Counted from the stretch's first letter, positions 37,861 through 48,317 are shown. The stretch: 64,000 nucleotides of DNA from Patescibacteria group bacterium (GCA_026416845.1 JAOAEL010000005.1:229-64228), one strand, 5' to 3'. Notes: a model not told the origin generated them from the letters alone. Program-made: numbers and translations.

Positions 37861-37889
37861 AGTCTACTAGAGTTAGAGTTTAAAGTCAA
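37861..37889 (-). promoter_or_regulatory. Sigma70-type promoter for nusA-infB
   Basis: TTGACT(37889-37884)-17 bp-TAGACT(37866-37861). Confidence 0.65.
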
Positions 37890-37901
37890 TTTAATTAAAG
37901 C

Positions 37902-38691
37902 TTACCTAAACACCCTCACCACATAACTTGTGCCTTGCGACACAAAATCCGAAGTTAAAAATGCGCCGTGAGTACTAAACAGGTTTCCCAATTAGTTGAA
38001 TTTAAGGATTGCATAGTCTTAAGCAATAAACCGATCGCGGAAGGGGAATCAAGATGATCGTCTTTCAAACCGTACAATTTTTGATAATTAAACTCAGAAA
38101 TAATTTTAATTGACTCTTCATTTTTTGTCATTCCTTCTTCAAAACTAGTCCCATGAGAAAAGTCAACCGCTGCAATGTAAACAGTATCATAAGGAAAAAT
38201 ATTGGCGAAACACTTGGCATATTTGTCGATATCAGGCTTTCTAAAATTCGCCGAAACAATCAAGGGAATTATTCTTGCGTTAGGAAAATATTCTCTTAGA
38301 TAAATTACAGGAACCGTGATACTATGCTCTATTTCAATTATCCTTGAATTCACTAAAACTTCAGGAAACCTTCTAATAAAATCACTCAAATCTCTTTTTC
38401 TATGGGATAATCATAGACATCTAAAGCAGTAGTTAAAGTCGATCCATCAGGATAGTAATGATTTGTGCCTAATATTACAAAAATCGAAGGATTGTTTGTT
38501 TCGCGCAATTTTTCCAGTGAAGCGACAAACAACTCTTTCGCCAAATCATGATGTGGCAAGATTATACCTTTAACCTTATCTTCTTTTGTATTTAAGCTAG
38601 CAACTTCTCCTTTTTTGTTGAAATGAAAACTGCCAAACCCAACTACAAACAAAACTAAAAGAATAACAAAGAAAGAAATTTTTGGTCTCAT
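37902..38691 (-). pseudogene. Membrane-anchored Memo/AmmeMemoRadiSam-B-like protein broken by two -1 frameshifts
   Basis: Fragment 1 has a TM, GIILPHH and LGTNH. Fragment 2 has EHSI, AVDFSH and HLDSP. A third frame gives FSTHGAFLTSDFVSQGTSYVVRVFR, stopping at 37902. Frameshifts lie near 38389 and near 37980. Confidence 0.75.
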
Positions 38692-41600
38692 ATTTTGGCA
38701 TCCACCTTTATAGTGCTTTTATCAGTTTTTTGGAAAATAGACTTTTCTTCTTCGTGTTGCATGAATGCAGGTTCTAAGACATATTCTCCAACAGCGCTTG
38801 CCTTGGCATAGTAAACAGCTTTATATTGTCTTTCGGAAAACCAATGCGAATTAGGAACACAAGCTCGAACCACATTTGATCTAATCTGTTGCATAAAAAT
38901 TTTATTTACTGAAACAACATTAAAGAATGTGGGATTTTCTAAATAAGTAAAACCTGACGGAAGATGATCTGTAATACAGTAAAAACCAGCGGGGGCAACT
39001 TCTTTATCAAAACTAAAATCCAGTTTAAACTCCACTATTTCACCTATACTTATTCTATCGTCCGAGTCACCAACTACTTGATTATAACTTCTTGAAAGCC
39101 CCAATCTTTTGTCTGATTCTAACATTTCCACATTTTCAATATGCGAATTGACAGAAACTAAAGCTTTCCCCGTATCAACCTTTAACTCAAATTTACTAGC
39201 GTCATCTTTGTCAATCACAATTACTTCGCCTCTACCTTTATTTAGTGTAAGTCTTCTAGATCTGTCTTTCATTTTTAAACTAATGTTAGTATCTTCATCG
39301 GGAAACAAAGAAATTTGATGATCTATAAAGGAAATATCTGCTAAATCCAGAATAACGTCTTCGACTACTGTACGATAATCCCTTATATATAAACCTAAAC
39401 CGACGTTATATTTTTGATCAACCATGGTACCTAATAAAAGAGCGTAAGAAGAATCCAACAGGTAGCTATCCATATTTTTTTGATCTGACTGTATGCGAAC
39501 ATATGGCTTGTTGGTATAAGCGAAGTTCGCCAATAAATCATAATACAATTGACGAGCTTTTTCGGTTTGACCGCTTGCGAAAAAAGCGTAAGCAAGAACA
39601 ACTTTTTCCCGGTAAGAAAAAAGATTTTTCTCCAAACGGTTCATTTCATTCACTCTTGATTCACCCAAAACGGCAAGTCCCCACAAAGCATAAACTTTTG
39701 ATAGAGTAGGGGATGTTGAATCTTTCAAAACATCATTAAAATATTTCTTCAATCTCTCTTTATCAAAAAAATCAGCCCCAACATATGCGGACCAAGCCGA
39801 TGTTTCGACATCACTGCTTCCCCACAACACTTGTTTAATGCCACCATCATTTGATTGAAAACCGGAAAATTCCTGCTTCACCATTTGGCAATCAGTTTCA
39901 TTAAACCAATTTTTCAAACTCTTGTTTGCCAAAACATTAGCAAGTTTTTTTTCAATTCTATTGCTATAAGAGTTGCAATACTTATACAAAGCATTATAAA
40001 ATCTCCCCTTACCCTGATCGGTAATTACCAATTTGATGTTTTCCTCTTTTGTCAGTTCATCTATCGGCAAAGAATTAATTGACTGTCCTTGATCTAAACT
40101 TATATCGTTTCGCTTTTCAAACATCACCCTTGAAGATTTCACTATTAATGGAAGCATGATTGAATCTTCATGTTCCTTATATTTGCCACCAGCTTTGACT
40201 TTGTAATTGCCGACTTCAAGATTTGGAAAAGGAATGTGGATATCTCTGAAAGGAAACTCTGAAAATTCTTTTTTATTAATTGCTTTTTCTCCGTTTTGAT
40301 CCAAAAAAGCGTAATTGTAAGAAACTTCTTTGTTTTTTTCTAAAACTTTTCCATAGGCATTAATTGCAAGATACGCCTTATCGCCCTTTATAATAGTTGA
40401 TGGAAATTGGTTAGTAACAAAAAACTCCTTTGTTGCAATAACCGATGCTTTCTCTTGACCAAAATTAAGATCACTATCTATACCTTGAGCATAAATTAGC
40501 CAATTAGTAATATTGTCCAATAGCTTGAATTCAAAAACTGCTTCTCCATTTTGATCTGTAATTGCAGAACCAAAATAAGCTGTGTCCCCAAATTCACTTC
40601 TGTCAACACCTCCATTCCCTCCACCCCTGTTTCCGTCATACAACAACAAGCGATGTGTATAATATGTGTAATACACCCAGTCACCAGTTGTTTTATAAAT
40701 TGATTTTCTTATAGAAGGTTCGTTCGCTCCTCCAATAGCCGCCAGAGATTCATCTACTACTGCAAGCGCTACAGTTACACCAGATTTGGGCTGACCATTT
40801 TTGGATACTTTAACAGTTATTCTCGATTGCTCGCCTGGAGAGTATTTTAACTTGCCAGTTTTTATATCAAAATCCAATTCACTATCTTTAGTTTGATAGA
40901 AAATCTGTAAACCATTAAAGCCAGCTTGGTATCTATATCTATAAGATGGATAATAATCGCAATCACAAGAAGCTTCCACTTCTTCGTAACGTTCACCAGT
41001 AAAGACAATTGCACCAACATATATGTTTGGCTTGTGCGATTTGTCAAAAACAAAACTGAAAGATGGTTCATCCTTCAAAGAAAAAGACAAATTTCCTCTA
41101 TTAGCCTTAATGAAAAGAAACTTATTTTTCTCGTTATCAGGATAATCTTTACTATCTTTATAAATCTTAATGTCAACATTTTCACCAACAGAAAAAGCAC
41201 TAAAACCTTTCTCAATCTTCAGATAAGGATAAGAAAAACTCCCGTTACTAACACCAATTTCATCATAGTAATAGTATAGGTACTCTCTACTAATCGCAGA
41301 GCGTCCATCTTTATCTTTAGCAATAATCTCAAATGTATAAGAACTACCTTTGGAAAGTGACATTTCATAGTCTATCTGACCATCATTATTAGTCAAAAGT
41401 TCTTTGTCCGGTAAATTTTCTTGGTGCGTGCTATACCTATACTTGGTGCGGGTAACTTTTTCGACAAAGTCATAATAAGTACCATCTTCAATTCTTTCGT
41501 ACCATGTTCTTTTTGAACGAACAACAACTTTCTGCCCTCTCGCAACATCCGCATTCACTTCAGAAGTAACACCTTCATTAAAAGGACCTAAATCAATGTT

Positions 41601-43883
41601 AAAAACAGTAGCTTTTATCCTTGCATTCCCATTATCAATATCGGCTTTGCTTTCAACCTTAAACTTAGAACCATACACCAAAACTGCAACATTTTGATAA
41701 ATTCCGGCAAATTCTGATTTGTCTAAACTAATCTTTAATGTTTCATAACTCGGATAGTATTTATTCTCAGAATAAGAAGGAACATATTTGTAAATAAACT
41801 CTCCATCTTTCCCTGTTTCAAGTTTAGCGACAATATTAGAACCTTTAATTACCGACAAAGGAACATAACTTGCAGCAGTTCCGTCAAAAAAACTAACTCT
41901 GCCAAAAAACTCAACTTCCTCTCCAGCAAAAATTACCTTTTTGTTGGATGCAACATCAATTTTCATCTTTGGTTTTACATATTCTTTTACCAAAACATTA
42001 CTAGCAGCTATTTCAATTCCATCCATAAATAGCGACAGTTCACAACATTGGTTTGTTAAATTATCAATTTTAAAACTACCTATAAAGGTACCATTAGAGG
42101 AAACAGGAATCTTTTTAGAGGCTTCAATCTTGTTATAGCCATAAGAAATACTGTCATACGAAGCAAGTTTTATTTCAACTTCAGAAGCTGAAGAATTAGT
42201 GTTGCGATTTTTTGCAACTCCCCAAAAATGCAAAGTGTCACCAAGTTTATACATATACCTATCTGTGTAAATGTACGACCAGTAATCATCTTCTGTTAAT
42301 TTGCCCGGCTTTTCCAAATCGTTTAACGATTCAATAGGCAAAATTAGCTTTTTATTATTTTTGCTTGTAATTTCAAAATACTTCTTATCTCCTTCAAAAA
42401 GACTTTCGGGAGTAGCAAATAACGCGATTCCTTCTTCATTAGTTGAATAACTAATCGATGAATTCATAACACCAACACTTGCACTCGCAACAGATGATCC
42501 GTCCACTGAATTTAACCAAAATAAAGTATTTTCCTTTGCAACAGAAACATACCCTATCAAAGGGGTAACTTGAAGCCATAGCTGTTCAAGTTTTTTGTTA
42601 TTGTCATAATAAAATTTAACTAAATAAAAACCTTCACTTAACTTGCTTGGAACTTTTAAATAGCTAACACGATCAATTTTTTCTATTTTTGTCTCACCTT
42701 CGGACACTTTTGTAAAATCTTTAGTGTTTATATTGTATTGTTCTGGAAAATAACGCCACCAACCCTCAATTATGTCAATTTGTTTTCTGGAACTCACAAA
42801 AACATCTGCGTTAGGCAATTTATAAATTTCAAATTTTATCTTCTCGTCATTATTCCAATTCTCTAAATACACCTCGGATATCACATCGCCATCGGGAATA
42901 ACTTGTTGCAAGTTTTCCTCCAAATAAAACCGATAATCATTTGCGATTTCGTCCGCAGTTTGAAAAGAAAAAATTAAATCTTTGTCCAAGGAGTCGACAC
43001 CATTAACTAGTTTTAAACCCTTTTTGAGAGTAATAGTATAAACTGTTCTAGGAGAGAATTTCTTGAGCGGCACAATTGACAAAACATTGCCTAGCCTTTC
43101 CAGCCGAAAATCAATTTTGGGATTCACTGTAAGATAACTGGCAGGATCTTCATAACTATCAAGATTAAATGTTATCTCTATACCAGAATTCAAAGGAACA
43201 TTCCTGGTTTTGTCTCTAGGCAAAGTGCTATTCACAGCAAATTTTGGCTGAGCTTGATATGCCCAACTATAATCCCGATCAAAATAATACCCATCTTTTT
43301 CTTTATCTTTTAGATCAAAGGAGAATGTAATTACCTCGCCAGGCAAAAGTTTTCTTTTTGGAATTAATTTAAATTCTGTGTCTTTCACTGGAACAACATT
43401 TACCGGAACAGAAGTTGAAATATGTTCATTTATGAAATTAACATCTACAGGCTTTTGTGTTTTTAGAACAAACTTTGCTAATGGCACAACACCATAACTT
43501 GTTTCGTCTTCTGAATTTGGGTTCAAATTAAAAAAAGATTGGCCTTTTTCAGAAATCGTCATCTTCTGCCAAACTCCAGAGTCAAGATCGTTAGAATTGG
43601 TAGTTATAAATGGAGATAACGAAAATTTCTTTTGATTTTGGAAACTTAAAACAACAAATAAAACCAATAGAACAAAAGATAGACTAATTATTGAAATGTA
43701 AACCTTCGCCTTTTTCGGACTTGTCTGATACCAATACCTTAATTTTTGAAAAAGAGGCAACACTTTTAATTTGGCAAATAAACCTTTAACAAAGTAAAAG
43801 ATGTCAAGGAAACTTTTTTTATTTTCACCAAAGTTACCCACAAAATAAGTATAAAGCCAGTAAAAAATTGATTTCAACAACAA
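38688..43883 (-). CDS. Membrane-anchored bacterial alpha-2-macroglobulin-like protein with N-terminal Ig-like domains
   Basis: YIYTDRYMYKLGD (MG2), YSPGE, ALAVVDES, RSEFGDTAYF...TDQNGEA...LLDNITNW, FQSNDGG, ITDHLPSG, GEYVLEPA. Start codon uncertain (TTG). Confidence 0.85.
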   Translation of the reverse strand: MLLKSIFYWLYTYFVGNFGENKKSFLDIFYFVKGLFAKLKVLPLFQKLRYWYQTSPKKAKVYISIISLSFVLLVLFVVLSFQNQKKFSLSPFITTNSNDLDSGVWQKMTISEKGQSFFNLNPNSEDETSYGVVPLAKFVLKTQKPVDVNFINEHISTSVPVNVVPVKDTEFKLIPKRKLLPGEVITFSFDLKDKEKDGYYFDRDYSWAYQAQPKFAVNSTLPRDKTRNVPLNSGIEITFNLDSYEDPASYLTVNPKIDFRLERLGNVLSIVPLKKFSPRTVYTITLKKGLKLVNGVDSLDKDLIFSFQTADEIANDYRFYLEENLQQVIPDGDVISEVYLENWNNDEKIKFEIYKLPNADVFVSSRKQIDIIEGWWRYFPEQYNINTKDFTKVSEGETKIEKIDRVSYLKVPSKLSEGFYLVKFYYDNNKKLEQLWLQVTPLIGYVSVAKENTLFWLNSVDGSSVASASVGVMNSSISYSTNEEGIALFATPESLFEGDKKYFEITSKNNKKLILPIESLNDLEKPGKLTEDDYWSYIYTDRYMYKLGDTLHFWGVAKNRNTNSSASEVEIKLASYDSISYGYNKIEASKKIPVSSNGTFIGSFKIDNLTNQCCELSLFMDGIEIAASNVLVKEYVKPKMKIDVASNKKVIFAGEEVEFFGRVSFFDGTAASYVPLSVIKGSNIVAKLETGKDGEFIYKYVPSYSENKYYPSYETLKISLDKSEFAGIYQNVAVLVYGSKFKVESKADIDNGNARIKATVFNIDLGPFNEGVTSEVNADVARGQKVVVRSKRTWYERIEDGTYYDFVEKVTRTKYRYSTHQENLPDKELLTNNDGQIDYEMSLSKGSSYTFEIIAKDKDGRSAISREYLYYYYDEIGVSNGSFSYPYLKIEKGFSAFSVGENVDIKIYKDSKDYPDNEKNKFLFIKANRGNLSFSLKDEPSFSFVFDKSHKPNIYVGAIVFTGERYEEVEASCDCDYYPSYRYRYQAGFNGLQIFYQTKDSELDFDIKTGKLKYSPGEQSRITVKVSKNGQPKSGVTVALAVVDESLAAIGGANEPSIRKSIYKTTGDWVYYTYYTHRLLLYDGNRGGGNGGVDRSEFGDTAYFGSAITDQNGEAVFEFKLLDNITNWLIYAQGIDSDLNFGQEKASVIATKEFFVTNQFPSTIIKGDKAYLAINAYGKVLEKNKEVSYNYAFLDQNGEKAINKKEFSEFPFRDIHIPFPNLEVGNYKVKAGGKYKEHEDSIMLPLIVKSSRVMFEKRNDISLDQGQSINSLPIDELTKEENIKLVITDQGKGRFYNALYKYCNSYSNRIEKKLANVLANKSLKNWFNETDCQMVKQEFSGFQSNDGGIKQVLWGSSDVETSAWSAYVGADFFDKERLKKYFNDVLKDSTSPTLSKVYALWGLAVLGESRVNEMNRLEKNLFSYREKVVLAYAFFASGQTEKARQLYYDLLANFAYTNKPYVRIQSDQKNMDSYLLDSSYALLLGTMVDQKYNVGLGLYIRDYRTVVEDVILDLADISFIDHQISLFPDEDTNISLKMKDRSRRLTLNKGRGEVIVIDKDDASKFELKVDTGKALVSVNSHIENVEMLESDKRLGLSRSYNQVVGDSDDRISIGEIVEFKLDFSFDKEVAPAGFYCITDHLPSGFTYLENPTFFNVVSVNKIFMQQIRSNVVRACVPNSHWFSERQYKAVYYAKASAVGEYVLEPAFMQHEEEKSIFQKTDKSTIKVDAKI

Positions 43884-43904
43884 AAATCATTAAAAATAAT
43901 CAAA

Positions 43905-44786
43905 CTACAACCCTTTAAGCCTAAGTTGATTGACCAAATTTCTTTGTTCACTAGTTAACTTTTCAGGTATTGCAACATGAATTCTCACATATTGATCTCC
44001 ACGCCTCTGGTGCCTTAACCCTGGTACCCCGCGTTCACGAAGTCTTATCATACTATTAGATTGAGTTCCCGGTCGAATTTTTAGCTTTACATCACCGTCG
44101 ATAGTTGGCACTTTTATCTCTCCACCAAGAATAGCCATCGAAATAGGAATAACTTCTGTGATATATAAATCTTGTCCGTCGCGCTCGTAAATATTGCTTG
44201 GCTTAACGTTAATTGATAAAACAAAATCGTCAAATTGAATTCTTGTGCCATCGTCAACCCCTGCTGGAATTTTTACCTTTCTTTTCTTTCCATTAACTAC
44301 AATTTCCTTTTCAGCTCCTTTCATCGCTTCCATAAAATCAATCGTTATGGAGTATCTAGGGAGTCTATTTCTTCTAAAAGGGGAAGCGCTTCCAAAAAAT
44401 TGTTCAAAAATATCAAAAGGATCACCAAAATCAGTGCCACCAAAAGGGTTTTCAGAAGTATAAGTGTACGTATAAGTAAAAGGTCCAAAACTACCAAACC
44501 CACCAAAAGGGTTTCCTGCTCTTCCAGCGCTTCCCATCCCACCACCGGGCGCAAAAGCTTGATGCCCAAACTGATCATATGCCTGTCTTTTCTGTGGGTC
44601 GGAAAGCACTTGATACGCTTCATTTATTTCTTTAAAACGCTTCTCTGCCATTTCCTTGTCTGCTCCTTGGTGACGGTCAGGATGCCACTTAAGAGCTTGT
44701 TTGCGGTAAGCATTTTTGATCTCTTCAAGGGAAGCGTTTTTGCTTACACCCAGTAAATCATAGTAATCAGATTTTGCAACAGACAT
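43905..44786 (-). CDS. dnaJ: DnaJ-class chaperone, type II (no Zn finger)
   Basis: J-domain DYYDLLGV...WHPDR...FKEINEAYQVLSD, G/F-rich region, DIFEQFFG, C-terminal domain; no CxxCxGxG repeats. ATG 44786. Confidence 0.93.
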   Translation of the reverse strand: MSVAKSDYYDLLGVSKNASLEEIKNAYRKQALKWHPDRHQGADKEMAEKRFKEINEAYQVLSDPQKRQAYDQFGHQAFAPGGGMGSAGRAGNPFGGFGSFGPFTYTYTYTSENPFGGTDFGDPFDIFEQFFGSASPFRRNRLPRYSITIDFMEAMKGAEKEIVVNGKKRKVKIPAGVDDGTRIQFDDFVLSINVKPSNIYERDGQDLYITEVIPISMAILGGEIKVPTIDGDVKLKIRPGTQSNSMIRLRERGVPGLRHQRRGDQYVRIHVAIPEKLTSEQRNLVNQLRLKGL

Positions 44787-44803
44787 AACGAATTGTCTTA
44801 ATA

Positions 44804-44830
44804 TTAGCAAACAAATTGTTTTAGTGCCAG
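44804..44830 (-). promoter_or_regulatory. Degenerate CIRCE operator upstream of dnaJ
   Basis: Minus strand CTGGCACTA-N9-GTTTGCTAA versus consensus TTAGCACTC-N9-GAGTGCTAA; exact 9 bp spacer. Confidence 0.6.
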
Positions 44831-45010
44831 CTGTATTAAATAAATCACTTTAGTAAATATATCTAGTAAATATAAAATAAATAGGGGAATAAAAATTTGT
44901 TGGTAAGTACATCAGTATTTCTCTAACTATTTTCCTCGTTTCCTTAAAATAAAAAAATTTAAAACACAAAAAGGATGAAACCAGAACCAAATTATCAAAA
45001 AATCAATCTC

Positions 45011-46933
45011 TTAGCCTACAACTTCTCCTTCTTCTACATCACCATTTTTATTTTTCTTAGACTTTGATGAATTGTCAGCACTATCTCCATTAGATTTATC
45101 ACCTTCAAAACTAGCATCTGCCCCAGATTGTTGATTTTTATACATTGTTTCACCAATCTTGGACAAGGTTTCCGACAAATCTTTAGTCGCAGATTCTATT
45201 TGCTCTTTAGTTGAATTTTCATTTGCTAACAAATCTTTTACTGATTTAATTTTCTCTTCTACTTGAGACTTGATATCAGAAGGAACTTTTTCTCCAGCGT
45301 CTTTTAGTGCTTTTTCTGCTGCAATTACCATAGAATCAGCTTGGTTTTTTGCCATAATCAATTCCGCCTTTTTTTCATCTTCAGCTTTATGCCTTTCAGC
45401 CTCTTCTTGCATCTTTTTAACTTCCTCGTCAGACAATCCAACAGCACCCGAAATAGTAATTTGTTGCTCTTTTCCACTTGCTTTGTCTTTAGCGCTTACT
45501 TTTAGTATTCCTGAGGCGTCAATATCAAAAGTAACTTCAATCTGAGGAACACCACGCGGAGCCGGTGGTATGCCATCAAGAATAAATCTTCCCAAGGATT
45601 TATTATCAGCCGAAAGCGGCCTTTCTCCCTGAGTGATATGAATTTCAACCTGAGTTTGATTATCTGCCGCAGTTGAAAATATTTCAGTCTTAGAAGCCGG
45701 AATTGTAGTATTTCTTGCAATCATTGGAGTTGCAACACCTCCCAAAGTTTCAATAGCAAGAGTAAGAGGTGTTACATCTAAAAGCAAAATGTCCTTTACT
45801 TCTCCCCCTAAAACTCCACCTTGAATAGCCGCTCCAATCGCGACAACTTCGTCAGGATTCACAGACTTATTTGGTTCTTTGCCAAAAAATTCTTTTACAG
45901 TTTCTATAACTTTAGGCATACGGGTCATACCACCAACCATAATCACCTCATCAATATCCGAAGCTTTCAGTTTTGCATCTTTTAATGCCGCCTCTACTGG
46001 TTTCATCGTACGCGCGATCAAATCCGCAACTAAACCTTCAAACTTTGCCCTAGTGATTTTCATTGTCAAATGAAGCGGTTGCCCATTGTGCTGAGTAATA
46101 TACGGCTGATTGATTTCCACTTCTGCTGCGGCAGAGAGCTCTATCTTTGCTTTTTCTGCGGCATCTCGCACTCTTTGTAAAGCTTGCTTGTCTTGCCTTA
46201 AATCTACTCCGTTATCTTTTTTGAATTCATCACAAATATAATCCACTAGTTTTTCATCAAAATCGTCTCCTCCAAGATGCGTATCGCCATTTGTTGCCTT
46301 TACCTCAAAAACACCATCTCCTAACTCAAGAATTGAAATATCAAAAGTTCCTCCGCCAAGGTCATAAACAGCAATTTTTTGAGCGTTTTTCTTATCCAAA
46401 CCATAAGCCAAAGCCGCAGCCGTCGGCTCGTTTATAATACGCTCCACTTTAAGTCCAGCAATCTCGCCAGCCTGTTTTGTAGCTTGACGTTGAGCATCAT
46501 CAAAGTAAGCCGGAACTGTGATGACTGCTTGCGTCACTGGTTCCCCCAAATAGGCCTCTGCGTCTTTTTTCAACTTCATTAGAACTCTTGCACCAATTTC
46601 CTGAGGAGTATAATCTTTACTTTCTACCCGAATCACAGCCATTCTATCTTTGCCTGCTCTAATTTCAAAAGGAACCATTTTTTGCGTGCGTTTTACTTCT
46701 TCATCGTCTATTCTTCTACCCATTAGCCGCTTAGCGGAATAAATAGTATTTTTAGGATTTAAAATCATTTGGCGCTTTGCAACATCACCAACAAGATTTT
46801 TCACCGGCTCAACAACAGAAGGGGTCACATTTCTGCCGGTATCTGAAGCAGGTATCACCTTAGGTTGCCCACCTTCCATCACGGCTACAACACTATTGGT
46901 AGTTCCAAGATCTATGCCTACAATTTTTCCCAT
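45011..46933 (-). CDS. dnaK: Chaperone DnaK
   Basis: [38 protein letters not shown] 46933. Confidence 0.98.
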   Translation of the reverse strand: MGKIVGIDLGTTNSVVAVMEGGQPKVIPASDTGRNVTPSVVEPVKNLVGDVAKRQMILNPKNTIYSAKRLMGRRIDDEEVKRTQKMVPFEIRAGKDRMAVIRVESKDYTPQEIGARVLMKLKKDAEAYLGEPVTQAVITVPAYFDDAQRQATKQAGEIAGLKVERIINEPTAAALAYGLDKKNAQKIAVYDLGGGTFDISILELGDGVFEVKATNGDTHLGGDDFDEKLVDYICDEFKKDNGVDLRQDKQALQRVRDAAEKAKIELSAAAEVEINQPYITQHNGQPLHLTMKITRAKFEGLVADLIARTMKPVEAALKDAKLKASDIDEVIMVGGMTRMPKVIETVKEFFGKEPNKSVNPDEVVAIGAAIQGGVLGGEVKDILLLDVTPLTLAIETLGGVATPMIARNTTIPASKTEIFSTAADNQTQVEIHITQGERPLSADNKSLGRFILDGIPPAPRGVPQIEVTFDIDASGILKVSAKDKASGKEQQITISGAVGLSDEEVKKMQEEAERHKAEDEKKAELIMAKNQADSMVIAAEKALKDAGEKVPSDIKSQVEEKIKSVKDLLANENSTKEQIESATKDLSETLSKIGETMYKNQQSGADASFEGDKSNGDSADNSSKSKKNKNGDVEEGEVVG

Positions 46934-46961
46934 AAGCGATATTCTAAATTTAGCTAAATCA

Positions 46962-47015
46962 CTAAAGACATTAATCAATGCAAAAACCAAAATTTGCACT
47001 GATTAAAATCTTTAG
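46962..47015 (-). other. Long RNA hairpin in the grpE-dnaK spacer
   Basis: Sense strand CTAAAGA-TT-TTAATCA-G-TGCAAA / 8 nt loop / TTTGCA-T-TGATTAA-TG-TCTTTAG: 20 Watson-Crick pairs plus two G-U pairs that form only on the sense strand. Confidence 0.6.
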
Positions 47016-47029
47016 CAATTGTTAATTTG

Positions 47030-47527
47030 TTAATTAGACTGCTTTTTACTTACTTTTACTCTCGCATGTCTTATAACAGCGCCCTCTTTAAACTTCCAAC
47101 CGCTTTGCAAAACTTCAACAACTTTTCCATCTTCCCCATCTACAACTTCTACCGCTTCATGCAAATTATGATCAAAGTCTTCACCTGCTTTTGGTATTAT
47201 CTCAATCAAATCTTGATCAATCAATACCTTCTTAAACTCATTCAAGGCTATACCCAAACCTTGATCATTTAAATGCTTTTGCGTTGCTTCAAACATATCT
47301 AAAACAGGCAAAAGCCTAACAATCACCTCTTGAGTAGCGAATTTTAACCAAACGCTTTTTTCTTGCTCCATACGCTTTTTTAAATTGTCATAATCTGCCC
47401 AAGCCCTTGCAAGTTGAGCTTTAGGGACCATTTCAACATCGTCTAAAATTTCCTTTTTAGACTTCTTGACTGCACTTTTTTGTTCATCTTTTTCTTTTTT
47501 TACTTTTACTTGCTTATTATCTTTCAT
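47030..47527 (-). CDS. grpE: Nucleotide exchange factor GrpE
   Basis: RAWADYDNLKKR, LLPVLD, FDHNLHEAV, VIRHARVKV. Confidence 0.96.
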   Translation of the reverse strand: MKDNKQVKVKKEKDEQKSAVKKSKKEILDDVEMVPKAQLARAWADYDNLKKRMEQEKSVWLKFATQEVIVRLLPVLDMFEATQKHLNDQGLGIALNEFKKVLIDQDLIEIIPKAGEDFDHNLHEAVEVVDGEDGKVVEVLQSGWKFKEGAVIRHARVKVSKKQSN

Positions 47528-48257
47528 ATTCTAAAATTTCACCAAGCAAATTTTGAACATACTTTACTTTTGGAATAACTTCTTGATACTCCAGTCTTAC
47601 TGGACCTATAACACCAAATCCTACTTGCTTGTCCTCAAAAACAAGTCTAGTTCCGACAACAGCAACACGATTAAAATCTGGCCGACCTAAATCTTCGCCA
47701 AAGACAACTTCTACAGGAGTGCTTCCGGTCATATGCTCAAAGAAAAGCTCTTGCAAAAACTCTACTTGTTCAACACATGAAAACAAAGAAGCTGTGAGGC
47801 TAATATCATCAAACTCAGGATTTTGTAAAACACTTGAATGGCCCCAACACCACAATTTTTTATTAGGAAAAGCAGTAGCAACAGCAAGATTTTTTGTAAT
47901 AACCGAAAGCATGTAAGTTACTTTTTCTAAAACCTCATTAAAATCTTCTCTTACGCTCCAAACATTTTCTTTAACTTTAACTTCCTCTGCTATAGACATT
48001 TGTTTCTCTTCCATTAATTGACTAATATAAAACTTGATAGCTGGAGGCAAAGGAATTCTACCTGCTGAAGCATGAGGTTGTTGTAAGTATCCAATTCTTG
48101 TGAGATAAGCCATTTCATTTCTTATAGTTGCCGGAGACACACCAAGATTATACTTTCTTTCCAAACTTTCAGATCCTACCGGCTCAGCTGTCTGGATGTA
48201 CTCATCGATTAATGCCTTTAAAATATTTGTTTGCCTTGCAGATAAACCTCCAAACAT
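47517..48257 (-). CDS. hrcA: Heat-inducible transcription repressor HrcA (compact form)
   Basis: RQTNILKALIDEYIQTAEPVGS, SPATIRNEM, QPHASAGRIP, GVIGPVRLEY. Confidence 0.95.
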   Translation of the reverse strand: MFGGLSARQTNILKALIDEYIQTAEPVGSESLERKYNLGVSPATIRNEMAYLTRIGYLQQPHASAGRIPLPPAIKFYISQLMEEKQMSIAEEVKVKENVWSVREDFNEVLEKVTYMLSVITKNLAVATAFPNKKLWCWGHSSVLQNPEFDDISLTASLFSCVEQVEFLQELFFEHMTGSTPVEVVFGEDLGRPDFNRVAVVGTRLVFEDKQVGFGVIGPVRLEYQEVIPKVKYVQNLLGEILEYER

Positions 48258-48279
48258 ATATCAAAAATATTATTAATTT

Positions 48280-48317
48280 TTAGCAGAAGTATATTGCAAG
48301 TGCTAAAAATTTGTCAA
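48280..48317 (-). promoter_or_regulatory. hrcA promoter with overlapping CIRCE operator
   Basis: TTGACA(48317-48312)-18 bp-TATACT(48293-48288); CIRCE TTAGCACTT-N9-TTCTGCTAA at 48306-48280. Confidence 0.8.

Noticed and set aside
38380-38395. TGA recoding (genetic code 25) as the explanation for the split Memo-like gene
   Set aside because: The homologous sequence continues in a different frame, not past the TGA, and TGA terminates intact genes such as ftsK, rnj and ruvX.
44851-44874. Direct repeat TAGTAAATATA x2 in the dnaK-dnaJ gap
   Set aside because: Very AT-rich and only two copies; cannot be distinguished from chance.
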